Positions 1 to 8,499 are shown, counted from the first letter of the stretch. The stretch is DNA of 18,204 nucleotides from Leptolyngbyaceae cyanobacterium (GCA_050331235.1 JBHJHA010000067.1:1-18204), one strand, 5' to 3'. Made by a program: numbers and translations. Notes: generated from the letters alone by a model not told the origin.

Positions 1-1
1 G

Positions 2-1042
2 AATGCCCCGGCCATCTAAATGAAACGCTAGGGGGTCGCGGTAAGGCTCAGTGGCGGTGGTTTCAACATTGGGATGCTCCGCTGTGCGGGCTTTAACCCA
101 AACGTGTAGGCCAAAGGAAGACTCCAGGTCAGAGGGCTGGATCATCGCGTCCAGCCAAGCCGGAGTAATCACCGCCTGATTGCCCATCTGTCCCCGATTT
201 AAAAAAAGTTGGCCGACCCGGGCCCAGTCGCGCATGGTGGCAAACAAACAGCAAAAAGTTTTGGGCATTCCCTGAGGGCGATCCAGCCACATGCTAGCCT
301 CCGCCGCCCCCAACGGCTGCCAAAGCCGCGTGGCCAAAAAATCCTCGTAGGCTAGTCCGGTTGCCCGCTCTAGCACGATCGCTAAGACCTGGCTATTCAC
401 ATTGTTGTAATCAAATACCTCACCGGGCGGTTGTACCGAAGGAATGCTAAGGGCGACCTGTGCCGCATCAGAGCCGATGTAGAGCTGCACCAGATCAGAC
501 GTTGGCCTCGCTGTATTGCGTTCGTTGCGCAGCCCTGACTGCATGTAGAGCAAATCTCGGAGAGTAATGCGCGATCGCGCGTCTTGCCACTCGGGTAGAT
601 AATTTGCTGCTGGCTCATCAAGTGAGGCGATCGCCCCTTCAGCAATGGCCTGACCGATCAGCAGACCCACAATAGTCTTGGACATAGACATCGCATTGAA
701 CGGCGATGCCTGATTGTAGCCTTGCCAGTATTGTTCTAAAACAATCTGCCCTTGGTGCATCACCAGCAGTCCGGTGGAGTTGCGCTCCGCTGCGTAGGTG
801 GTAGCGGCTGCTAAAGCGGTGGCAAACTCGGGAGCCGCGGGCGTCTGGCTCTTCGGTAGAGGAGTGGTGGCATCACCGGCAATAGTTGCACGGGGGCGAT
901 ACCAATCCACCGCCATGATCGGGGCCTCTGGATAGGTCAAAGCGCGACTGACAAACCGCCAGTCAACCAGGATGAGCGCTGCCGCAACCGCGATCGCAAC
1001 AATACAGAAAATCAGCCGCCGGCCACGTTTTCGTAATGCCAT
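2..1042 (-). CDS. Serine hydrolase, beta-lactamase class C / NylB-like family (3' end runs off the window)
   Basis: Not in the ORF track because no stop lies inside the window. Manual translation from ATG at 1042: MALRKRGRRLIFCIVAIAVAAALILVDWRF (signal/anchor)...GLLVMHQGQIVLEQYW...FNAMSMSKT (SxxK)...ITLRDLLYMQSGL...PGEVFDYNNVNSQ (YxN)...LWQPLG...RDWARVGQLFLNRG. Open to the window edge. Confidence 0.9.
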   Translation of the reverse strand, partial: MALRKRGRRLIFCIVAIAVAAALILVDWRFVSRALTYPEAPIMAVDWYRPRATIAGDATTPLPKSQTPAAPEFATALAAATTYAAERNSTGLLVMHQGQIVLEQYWQGYNQASPFNAMSMSKTIVGLLIGQAIAEGAIASLDEPAANYLPEWQDARSRITLRDLLYMQSGLRNERNTARPTSDLVQLYIGSDAAQVALSIPSVQPPGEVFDYNNVNSQVLAIVLERATGLAYEDFLATRLWQPLGAAEASMWLDRPQGMPKTFCCLFATMRDWARVGQLFLNRGQMGNQAVITPAWLDAMIQPSDLESSFGLHVWVKARTAEHPNVETTATEPYRDPLAFHLDGRGI

Positions 1043-1270
1043 GGAGTGCAAAGGAGGCGCTATGGTCTGGGCTGAGTGTAGCGAATGTTCCAATCCTTAG
1101 CAGCTCATCCAGCGGAAGCAATCACTCAAGGCGATCGCTTCCACCAAGCTATCCGCTATACGTGAGTGACTCAGACCTGCTTTCACTCATACATTTACAC
1201 TTTAGTACACCAGTAGGAAGAACCTGATCAAGCACTCGACTAGGACTCGAGCCCATCTCAACCATAGATT

Positions 1271-1417
1271 ATGCCTTTCAGCCAGGAGATTCGTCCTCGA
1301 CCTCGCAGAAGCATTTGCACAGCGTCACTAAGGAATTTCGATTTCCCCGCGACGCTGTCCTCATTCGCCCCAAACCGAGATCTGACATCCCCGGCCGACC
1401 GCAAGCCAACAGCATAA
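1271..1417 (+). CDS. Possible small protein, 48 aa (MPFSQEIRPRPRRSICTASLRNFDFPATLSSFAPNRDLTSPADRKPTA)
   Basis: ATG..TAA ORF in an otherwise empty 530-nt gap, below the ORF-track size cutoff. No family recognised. Confidence 0.35.
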   Translation: MPFSQEIRPRPRRSICTASLRNFDFPATLSSFAPNRDLTSPADRKPTA

Positions 1418-1573
1418 GTAAACCCGCTTGGCCAGAGTTTGCCGAAGGGAAAGCTGAACGGGGAACCAGAGGACAAAGTGCGATTGACAAGTAAGTCGTC
1501 TGATTTTGAGGAACTGATAGGAGACCGCACCTTGGCCACCAGTCCCCGCGTTGGTGCAGGCGCCTTCCAATCG

Positions 1574-1882
1574 CTACATTTCCGCCTTAAAGTCTTCGAG
1601 AACGTTGAGCAAATCTCCCATGCAGCCTGCCGGCACCAAATCCATCAGCGGCAATTGTTTGCGCCCGCCTCCCAGAGGAATGGGGATATCTTGCAGGACC
1701 TTGCTGATTTCTGCCTCGGCGATGCGGTCATCAGCCACCATGGGATACAGCCGCTGGGCGACCAATGTGTGCAGCTTGGCGTCGTTTAGGTACAGATGCC
1801 ACTTAGCCACGTCGAGATAGACGACTTCTCCAATATTCGCGGCCAGCTTTTCCAGGGTTTCAGCGGGGGGGGAATCACTCAC
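1574..1882 (-). CDS. DUF3181-family protein
   Basis: Motifs LAANIGEVVYLDVAKWHLYLNDAKL and IPIPLGGG..LPLMDLVP are typical of this cyanobacterial family. Start placed at GTG 1882, preceded by GAGGAG. Confidence 0.85.
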   Translation of the reverse strand: MSDSPPAETLEKLAANIGEVVYLDVAKWHLYLNDAKLHTLVAQRLYPMVADDRIAEAEISKVLQDIPIPLGGGRKQLPLMDLVPAGCMGDLLNVLEDFKAEM

Positions 1883-1940
1883 AGTGCATCTCCTCAATCA
1901 ACATTAATTGCGGTAATAACATAAGCCAGCGATCGCAATT

Positions 1941-2222
1941 TCAACCTCCCCCCTCTGGGGCATCCTCCGCTTCTAACCGATACTCACCGGAATAATCCGC
2001 GATCACAAAAATATAGAGCGCATGGATTGCCAAGCCTGCCAGCCAAATCAGGGTTAGCTTGCTTACCCAGGGCACCCAAAGGGAATTGAGCTGATGGGCA
2101 AACCAGAGACCTGAGTTCACGGCTAAACAGCCAGCAACATGGACAGCAAAGGTCATCCGGTCATCCAGCTTGCGAAAGGCCGGATCGCGACGATCCGGTT
2201 TGCGGGGCCAACGGGGCGGCAT
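1941..2222 (-). CDS. 2TM-domain small membrane protein
   Basis: MPPRWPRKPDRRDPAFRKLDDRMTFAVHVA...NSGLWF followed by two hydrophobic helices. ATG at 2222. Confidence 0.85.
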   Translation of the reverse strand: MPPRWPRKPDRRDPAFRKLDDRMTFAVHVAGCLAVNSGLWFAHQLNSLWVPWVSKLTLIWLAGLAIHALYIFVIADYSGEYRLEAEDAPEGGG

Positions 2223-2253
2223 GGGCAATATCCAAACGGTTCACTCTTTTAGT

Positions 2254-2754
2254 TTAAAGGTCAGCCTCGTAGTCTCCCGACTTTCCCCCCCTTTTTTGCA
2301 AAAGTCGTACGGACTGTATGGTCATAGATTTCTCCAGTGCCTTGGCCATGTCGTATAGCGTCAAGGCCGCCACTGAGACCGCAGTCAGGGCTTCCATTTC
2401 CACCCCTGTTTCGGCCTTAGTTTTGACCTGTGCTTGAATGCGATAGCCCGGCAGCGATCGCTCTGCCGTAATCCTCAGCTCGACTTTGGTCAGGGGCAGC
2501 GGATGACACAGGGGAATCAGCGACGCCGTTTGCTTAGCCGCCATAATGCCGGCCAACCGCGCTGTCCCCAAGACATCTCCTTTGGGACTGTTGCCTGACT
2601 CAATCTGCTCCAGCGTCGACACCGACATTTGAACCACCCCTTCAGCGATCGCCTCCCGGGCAGTCACGGCTTTGTGGGAGACATCCACCATGTGGGCTTC
2701 TCCTTGGGGGTTGAGATGACTTAAACTGGCTGAAACTTTTTTAGACTCAGTCAT
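2254..2754 (-). CDS. moaC: Cyclic pyranopterin monophosphate synthase MoaC
   Basis: [78 protein letters not shown]. Confidence 0.98.
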   Translation of the reverse strand: MTESKKVSASLSHLNPQGEAHMVDVSHKAVTAREAIAEGVVQMSVSTLEQIESGNSPKGDVLGTARLAGIMAAKQTASLIPLCHPLPLTKVELRITAERSLPGYRIQAQVKTKAETGVEMEALTAVSVAALTLYDMAKALEKSMTIQSVRLLQKRGGKSGDYEADL

Positions 2755-2784
2755 AAAATCCGTTTTCTTTTACACCAAAGACTG

Positions 2785-2793
2785 TGTTACTAT
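2785..2793 (+). promoter_or_regulatory. Putative extended -10 promoter (TGnTACTAT) for the tRNA
   Basis: TGTTACTAT ends 13 nt before the tRNA 5' end. Confidence 0.5.
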
Positions 2794-2806
2794 TTAACTC
2801 CTGTAA

Positions 2807-2880
2807 GGGCGTGTAGCTCAGTGGACTAGAGCACGTGGCTACGGACCACGGTGTCGGGGGTTCGAATCCCTCCTCGCCCG
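2807..2880 (+). tRNA. trnR: tRNA-Arg (anticodon ACG), CCA not encoded
   Basis: Acceptor stem GGGCGTG/CTCGCCC, D-arm GCTC-AGTGGACTA-GAGC, anticodon arm CGTGG-CTACGGA-CCACG, T-arm GGGGG-TTCGAAT-CCCTC. Confidence 0.98.
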
Positions 2881-2888
2881 TTCAAAGG

Positions 2889-2934
2889 ACTAAACCCAGC
2901 GTTACCTCAATGGCGATGCTGGGTTTAGTTTTAT
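2889..2934 (+). terminator. Intrinsic terminator after tRNA-Arg
   Basis: Perfect 12-bp arms ACTAAACCCAGC (2889-2900) and GCTGGGTTTAGT (2918-2929), followed by TTTAT. Confidence 0.75.
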
Positions 2935-3057
2935 CTATCAGCCTATCAATTCAATATCCCGACGTACATCCGCCATCACGTTTGGGGCGCTCTTGTGGGA
3001 CAAATAGAAACATCCCCCATTGCTGACGCTCTTCTCTGATGCGGCAATGGCAATCCC

Positions 3058-4365
3058 TTACTTAGCCAACGGCAGGTCAACGGCGTATAGGTCTCGTCCA
3101 TGGCCTAGAGAAAACTGCAGCGAATGACTGAGATCTTTACTAGATGTCGTTACGAAAATCACCAAGCCGATAAACGTCATGAGCGCGGCCAATCCAAAAC
3201 TGCCGCGATAGCTGACCCAGTCGGCAAAGGTGCCAAAGACTGGACCGGCGAGAGCAATACCCACGTCAAAGCCCACCATTACCAATCCGAAGACCTTGCC
3301 GCGTTCGTTGGCAGCGGAGCGATCGCCCATCAGCGCCGCCACCATAGGAATCAACGTACCGGCCGCTCCTCCCTGTAGCAGCCCCGCCAACAGGAACTCA
3401 GCGGCGGTATCTGCTCGCCAAAACGCCATCATTGACAGGGTATAAAACAATAGCCCAGCGGTGATAAAGCGCCCTCGCCCCCAACGATCAGAAGCACGTC
3501 CCACCATTAAGCGAATGGCAAAGCTAGCGATCGCCGAGGCCGTGTAAATTAGGCCCACATTGAGGTCGATGCCGGTCTCCCGCACAAACAACGGCACAAA
3601 CGTGCTCAGTGTGCCAAAGGCCAAGCCGACCAGCAGCAGCATACAGGCGGGCGTTCGCACCCTTGGGGTGAGCAGCAAACTCCAAAACAGCGGTCGGGGC
3701 GCGGCCGCATTTACCGCAGCCGTATCAGGCGTATAGGTTTCCTTGACCTGGGTGACGCAAACTAGCCCCACAATGCCCAGCACGCCCATGGCGATAAAAG
3801 CCGTTGCAAAGTTGCTCCACTCCAGTAAAAAACCGCCCAAAGCCGGACCCATTGCCATGCCGATGGGGTTTACCAGACTCATGTAGCCGATCAATTCACC
3901 TCGATTGGCCGGTGGCGAAATATCGATGACCAGGGCGCTGTAGGCCACCACAAAAGCCGCAATGCTCAAACCATGGAAGGCGCGAAATATCATCAGTAGA
4001 ACGAGAACGACATTCACCGTGATGAAGTGCTCTGCCCCGCCCAATCGCCAGACCATTGGCGGTAAGTAAAGGGCAAACCAATATAGAAAAGGGGCGATCG
4101 CGATCGCGATAATGCCAATGAGTAAAACCAGCTTGCGGCCTCGTTCGTCCGCTAATCGCGCTAGCCACGGTCGTGCTACCAGTAGCCCCACCGCAAATGA
4201 AGCCATTACCATGCCAATCTGAGAACCCGTTGCGCCCAGGGTTTCAATAAACAAGGGTAGCGTCGGCAACAAACCGGCGAGCCCCGCCCAAAAGCAAAGA
4301 CCCGCAGCAAACAAAATCCCCAGATTCCAGCGTAAGGCTGGACTAAACGTGGTAAATACTTTCAC
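3058..4365 (-). CDS. Major facilitator superfamily transporter
   Basis: About 12 hydrophobic segments. MFS loop motifs ARLADERGRK and GRASDRWGRG, also DISPPANRGELIG and DRSAANERGKVFG. Likely GTG start at 4365 (the ORF track extends to 4383). Confidence 0.93.
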   Translation of the reverse strand: MKVFTTFSPALRWNLGILFAAGLCFWAGLAGLLPTLPLFIETLGATGSQIGMVMASFAVGLLVARPWLARLADERGRKLVLLIGIIAIAIAPFLYWFALYLPPMVWRLGGAEHFITVNVVLVLLMIFRAFHGLSIAAFVVAYSALVIDISPPANRGELIGYMSLVNPIGMAMGPALGGFLLEWSNFATAFIAMGVLGIVGLVCVTQVKETYTPDTAAVNAAAPRPLFWSLLLTPRVRTPACMLLLVGLAFGTLSTFVPLFVRETGIDLNVGLIYTASAIASFAIRLMVGRASDRWGRGRFITAGLLFYTLSMMAFWRADTAAEFLLAGLLQGGAAGTLIPMVAALMGDRSAANERGKVFGLVMVGFDVGIALAGPVFGTFADWVSYRGSFGLAALMTFIGLVIFVTTSSKDLSHSLQFSLGHGRDLYAVDLPLAK

Positions 4366-4564
4366 GGCACCTGGTATCCTCAATCGGACGAAACGGAACT
4401 ATTAACAAATGTAACAAAGCCTTTGCCGTTACATTGTCTACATCGTCAACTAAAGGGGGAGACTCTGCCTGGGAATGGCCCCAGTTGTCTATCAATGGTT
4501 ACTCCCTTACTGACGAAGGCCGCAGTTTTAATTAACAATACGGATACCGCTGTTGGGGTAAGTC

Positions 4565-5104
4565 ATGGATCAATTTAAATGGGTGATCGCTCCGTCGGTG
4601 GGAATTGCAATTGCCACCGCCCTCATCAGCTGTAAAACTCAGTCAGCCCCACTCCCTGCCTCAGGTTCTCAGCCCACTTCTCAGGAGGCTCCAACTACGG
4701 GAAAGGCCCCATCTACAGACACGTTAGCTCAAGTTGTGGCTGTCGTCCCACAACTCCAAAGTGAGGGTCAATACACCTTTAGGGTAACGATTGCGAGCGC
4801 CGATACTGGCTGTGACCAGTACGCTAACTGGTGGGAAGTCATTACAGCCGACGGTGACTTGCTCTATCGACGCATTTTGGCCCATAGCCATGTTGATGAA
4901 CAACCGTTTGAGCGCAGTGGTGACCCAGTCGCGATCGCTGCTGATCAGTCGGTCATTGTGCGTGCTCATATGGAGCCCGATGGTTACAGCTCCCAGGCTA
5001 TGAAAGGTACTGTGGCGGATGGATTTGAGCCAACAGCCTTACCAGAGGGGTTTACGGCAGACCTTGCTACCGTTGCCCCTCAACCCAACGACTGTGCTTT
5101 TTGA
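4565..5104 (+). CDS. Putative lipoprotein of unknown function
   Basis: Signal peptide with lipobox-like LISC, then a Pro/Ser/Thr linker, then a compact domain DTGCDQYANWWEV...RRILAHSHVDEQPFERSG...VRAHM. Confidence 0.85.
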   Translation: MDQFKWVIAPSVGIAIATALISCKTQSAPLPASGSQPTSQEAPTTGKAPSTDTLAQVVAVVPQLQSEGQYTFRVTIASADTGCDQYANWWEVITADGDLLYRRILAHSHVDEQPFERSGDPVAIAADQSVIVRAHMEPDGYSSQAMKGTVADGFEPTALPEGFTADLATVAPQPNDCAF

Positions 5105-5240
5105 CCCGTGAGAGGAAAGGAGAACCCTCAAGACCGCAGCGCCCGCGTGCTAATGCCATCCTTTGACGATTCATTGAGCCTATGACCAGGATGCTACTCT
5201 GCTATGACACGATCAGTGACCGTCCCCATTCGTTAGTTCC

Positions 5241-5606
5241 ATGAGCAATCCTGAACCTGCATCACCAAATGACTCGCAACCTCCAACGAGTGAACCCTAT
5301 TCTCTGCAGCGCGTACTCAGAGCGTTTACCGGCTCGCTGATGGCAGGTACCATTGCTATTCTCTTTTACAAGATGCTGACTGCGGTAGCGGCCTCGTTTG
5401 CTGCTAAACCCATCACCTCAGACAACGTCACTGCGATCAAGCTCTCCGCTGCTGTCCGGACCTTGGTTATGGGTGTCATCGCGTTAGGTACCGGAGTGTT
5501 TGCGATGGCGGCACTAGGGCTCTCACTACTGGGTCTGCAAATGATTTGGCGCCGCCTCACTGGGGATACATCAGCCCCCAGAACTACATCAGACATGTCA
5601 GATTGA
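5241..5606 (+). CDS. DUF3082-family membrane protein
   Basis: Two hydrophobic segments with GSLMAG...FAAKP...SAAVRTLVMG..LGTGVFA..ALGL.LLG.Q. Confidence 0.85.
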   Translation: MSNPEPASPNDSQPPTSEPYSLQRVLRAFTGSLMAGTIAILFYKMLTAVAASFAAKPITSDNVTAIKLSAAVRTLVMGVIALGTGVFAMAALGLSLLGLQMIWRRLTGDTSAPRTTSDMSD

Positions 5607-5856
5607 CATCACGCAGAAATGACTTGATAGTACAATAGAACTACAAGCGAGTTTGAAGATTTAGCGATCCTCTACCCATCGGCGTCTTCTGTTTCGGCAG
5701 GGGCAGTGGCAAGCTGCCCCTACTGGACGAGCAGACGAGGCGGTCTTAAATCTCTCTGGAGTTTTTGGGGTTCGGCTTGATTTTCGCTCAATGCACCGTA
5801 AAGTATCGAATATTCATTAGGTCGACGTCACGACTAGTCAAACGAGGAGCTCGTAA

Positions 5857-6624
5857 ATGGCGATTATTGCGCTCAAAGCCTGGTATTTAGAACAATATGA
5901 ACCTTTACGAGAGCTAGAGAAGCGAGTGCAAGATCTTCGGCTTAGCCGTAACAGCCTCTTAAAGTCAGGTCTCAGGGCCGATTTTCTAGACGATAGCGAC
6001 GACGTGCGCCAAGCGGATTGGTTTCAGCGATATTTATCCGGCGAGGCTGTTGAGTTTTACATCGAAGGGAGCGGCACTTATGCCATCTCCAATATTGACC
6101 TGCTCAGCCACGAGATTTATTTCACGAAGCAAGAGTCATTGATTCAGCAAGACCCATCCATTTTCCTATGCTATCAAACGGAGTATGCCGAGTCTAGTGC
6201 GCTACTTCGCGAGGGACTAGAAGGCCTAGTTGAAAAAATTAATCGGCGATCGCGTCTTCTCCTCTCTTTAGAAGAAGCCAATCGTACCGGGGCAGGTGCT
6301 CTTAAACGTAATAGCCCCCTAATGCGCAAGCTTCGCAAGTCACTCCTCTTTGTAGCCGATGGTACCTCCGTAGCCCAAGCTCCTGGGGCTGCTTCAGACT
6401 TGCTGCCTAGCGCTAATGTCTGTGTTGAGCTCGGGTATGCCTTGCAATGTAAGCGCCCAGACCAAATTATCTTGGCGCGACAAGAACGTGATGACCTGCC
6501 CGGTCACTTTCCTTTTGAGCTCGCCTCAGAGCAGCAAATCATCTTCCACGATGCCGCCGATTTGAATGCACAGCTCAAATCCAAAATTGAGTCAGCGCTG
6601 CAACGCTACAGCTTGATCAAGTAA
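5857..6624 (+). CDS. Conserved cyanobacterial hypothetical protein with a C-terminal TIR/nucleoside-deoxyribosyltransferase-like domain
   Basis: 255-aa ORF with GAGGAG RBS. C-terminal half has IFLCYQ...LLFVADGT...LPSANVCVELGYAL...QIIL...FPFEL. Confidence 0.85.
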   Translation: MAIIALKAWYLEQYEPLRELEKRVQDLRLSRNSLLKSGLRADFLDDSDDVRQADWFQRYLSGEAVEFYIEGSGTYAISNIDLLSHEIYFTKQESLIQQDPSIFLCYQTEYAESSALLREGLEGLVEKINRRSRLLLSLEEANRTGAGALKRNSPLMRKLRKSLLFVADGTSVAQAPGAASDLLPSANVCVELGYALQCKRPDQIILARQERDDLPGHFPFELASEQQIIFHDAADLNAQLKSKIESALQRYSLIK

Positions 6625-6659
6625 TTGACGATAGCTGCCAGCGATAGGCTCGCGGTTGT

Positions 6660-7391
6660 CTAGATGCCGGCCCCATCTAGGTACTCAGTAATGATGCGAT
6701 CCTTCAGGCGGCAACTACTCGTTTGGCTGGCGGCCACCAATTCCCGCTGGCTCACTTGATCTTCCTTCAATGTTTCTAGCTGGGTTTCTAGCGCTTCGAT
6801 GCGGTCTACTAGCGCACGAATAACCCGAGCCTCAGAGTCTGGTAAGCGATCGTGATCGAGGGGACCCACTCGCTCACCGGCGCGGTAAACAACCCGTCCT
6901 GGAATTCCCACCACTGTACAATCCGAAGGTACTTCGCGCAGCACCACTGATCCAGCACCAATCCGGGCATTATTGCCAATTTGGATATTGCCTAAAACCT
7001 TCGCCCCGGCACCAACCACGACGTTTTCCCCCAGGGTCGGGTGGCGCTTACCTGACTCCTTACCAGTGCCGCCTAAAGTGACCCCTTGGTAAATCAAGCA
7101 GTAGTCGCCGATGATAGCGGTCTCGCCGACCACCACTCCCATGCCGTGATCGATAAAGACGCCATGGCCAATGGTGGCACCAGGATGTATCTCAACCCCA
7201 GTGATAAAGCGACCGATGTGGGAAATCAAGCGGGGAATGAACGGCAGGCCCAGATTCCATAACCAGTGGGCGACTCGATGAAACATGAGAGCCTGCAAAC
7301 CGGGATAGCAAAACAGCACTTCCAACCAGTTGCGGGCTGCGGGGTCACGTTCAAAAACAATTTTGAAATCCGCTCGCAATGCTCTCAGCAC
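6660..7391 (-). CDS. cysE: Serine O-acetyltransferase
   Basis: [64 protein letters not shown], hexapeptide repeats. Likely GTG start at 7391 (the ORF track extends to 7415). Confidence 0.97.
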   Translation of the reverse strand: MLRALRADFKIVFERDPAARNWLEVLFCYPGLQALMFHRVAHWLWNLGLPFIPRLISHIGRFITGVEIHPGATIGHGVFIDHGMGVVVGETAIIGDYCLIYQGVTLGGTGKESGKRHPTLGENVVVGAGAKVLGNIQIGNNARIGAGSVVLREVPSDCTVVGIPGRVVYRAGERVGPLDHDRLPDSEARVIRALVDRIEALETQLETLKEDQVSQRELVAASQTSSCRLKDRIITEYLDGAGI

Positions 7392-7470
7392 TCGTTTGCC
7401 CCCGTGGAAAAACACACTTGTGCAATTTTAGCGTTACTCACTGCTCACTGGAATAGTCAACAAGATAGTA

Positions 7471-7502
7471 ATTGCACCACCCTTTGACCAGAGTGGTGCA
7501 AT
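7471..7502 (-). terminator. Hairpin between the PPC-like gene and cysE (terminator-like)
   Basis: Perfect 10-bp arms ATTGCACCAC / GTGGTGCAAT, extendable to 13 bp with a G-U pair on the minus strand. The U-rich tail is weak. Confidence 0.5.
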
Positions 7503-7631
7503 CAAGGCGATCGCTCGGTCAGAGCTACCTGCTCTGACGCTGAAAGTAATCAACTCTAGCCGTATCACTACATTGGCAAAAGCAGCCCAGCCCAATAGGC
7601 TCAGTAGAACCGGGTTGCCTAGCCCTGTTAC

Positions 7632-8126
7632 CTATTCCTCAACCGTCAAGGAGTAGCTAAATCGCTGGCCTTGATCGTGAGCTCCTACCCAGATTCGATA
7701 AGTGCCAGCTTGCCAATCGGTAGCAGCCACCTGAGCATCCAAATTACTCCGGCTGATGTCCTGACCGCATAAAACAGTGTTATCGTCTGGCCCTTGAATC
7801 AATAGGGTCGTATCTTCTCCACTATCGACTGTGACCGTCAGGCTGGGAAAATCACTTTCTAAGGTCAAGATATGGTCAGGATTGGTGTCTGCATAACCAG
7901 CACAGAGATTGCCGTTTTGATCACTGCCTACAATATTCGACAGGGAGAACGAGCCGACAATGCGCCCGCTGACGCTTGCTCCAGCGGGGGGATAGGCTGA
8001 CAGGGTAATACCCTCCGAATTAGCAGTCTGGGCCAGGACGGGAGCAACGCTCACCAACAAAGCTAAACCGCTTAGCACTAATAGGGGGCGACGTAGCAGG
8101 GTGGTGAATTGAGCAATCATCGTCAT
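7632..8126 (-). CDS. Secreted protein with a PPC-like (pre-peptidase C-terminal) beta-sandwich domain
   Basis: Signal peptide ending APVLA-Q, then CAGYADTNPDHILTL, DTTLLIQGPD...C..D, AGTYRIWVG. ATG at 8126 preceded by GAGGG. Confidence 0.8.
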   Translation of the reverse strand: MTMIAQFTTLLRRPLLVLSGLALLVSVAPVLAQTANSEGITLSAYPPAGASVSGRIVGSFSLSNIVGSDQNGNLCAGYADTNPDHILTLESDFPSLTVTVDSGEDTTLLIQGPDDNTVLCGQDISRSNLDAQVAATDWQAGTYRIWVGAHDQGQRFSYSLTVEE

Positions 8127-8337
8127 AACCCTCACAAATACTCGCACAACAAGGAAACACACAGTGACTAAGCCCTCAGGCTATTCTCATGATGGAATAG
8201 CATTTCGGTGTTCGTCCTCGGTAGTGGGCAAGATTCTCAAGTGTCATCTTGGTCACAGTCTGTCCAGAGATAGAAAATGCTTAGAGCGATGGGTTGTTCT
8301 GACCAATCCCTGTGTATTGAGTGCTTATCTTAGGGTT

Positions 8338-8499
8338 ATGAGTCTGCTAATTTGCTTTGTTTTGATTGCGATCGCTTGGCTGTGGGCAACACTGATTGAC
8401 AACCTTCTGGATTGGTGGCATCTCATCGGCCAACTTCCTCTTTGGCTCATCGTTGTAGCCGTTGCGGGTGGGCTCTCTTGGTTTGTGGGCGATCCTTAA
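8338..8499 (+). CDS. Small (53 aa) two-helix membrane protein
   Basis: MSLLICFVLIAIAWLWATLIDNLLDWWHLIGQLPLWLIVVAVAGGLSWFVGDP. This is the 3' part of track ORF 8164..8499, with ATG at 8338 after AGGG. Confidence 0.6.
   Translation: MSLLICFVLIAIAWLWATLIDNLLDWWHLIGQLPLWLIVVAVAGGLSWFVGDP

Noticed and set aside
1340..1480. Possible c-di-AMP (ydaO), cobalamin or SRP RNA suggested by GGGGAACCA, TTTGGGGCGAAT and AAGGGAAAG fragments
   Set aside because: The fragments lie on opposite strands or lack the other required conserved blocks, so no coherent match could be built by eye.
2835..3026. 63-aa ORF in the track
   Set aside because: It overlaps the tRNA and its terminator, so it is spurious.
2807..3057. 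tRNA-Arg as an integration site for an island or prophage
   Set aside because: No integrase and no duplicated tRNA 3' end were seen in the window, and HIP1 sites continue on both sides.
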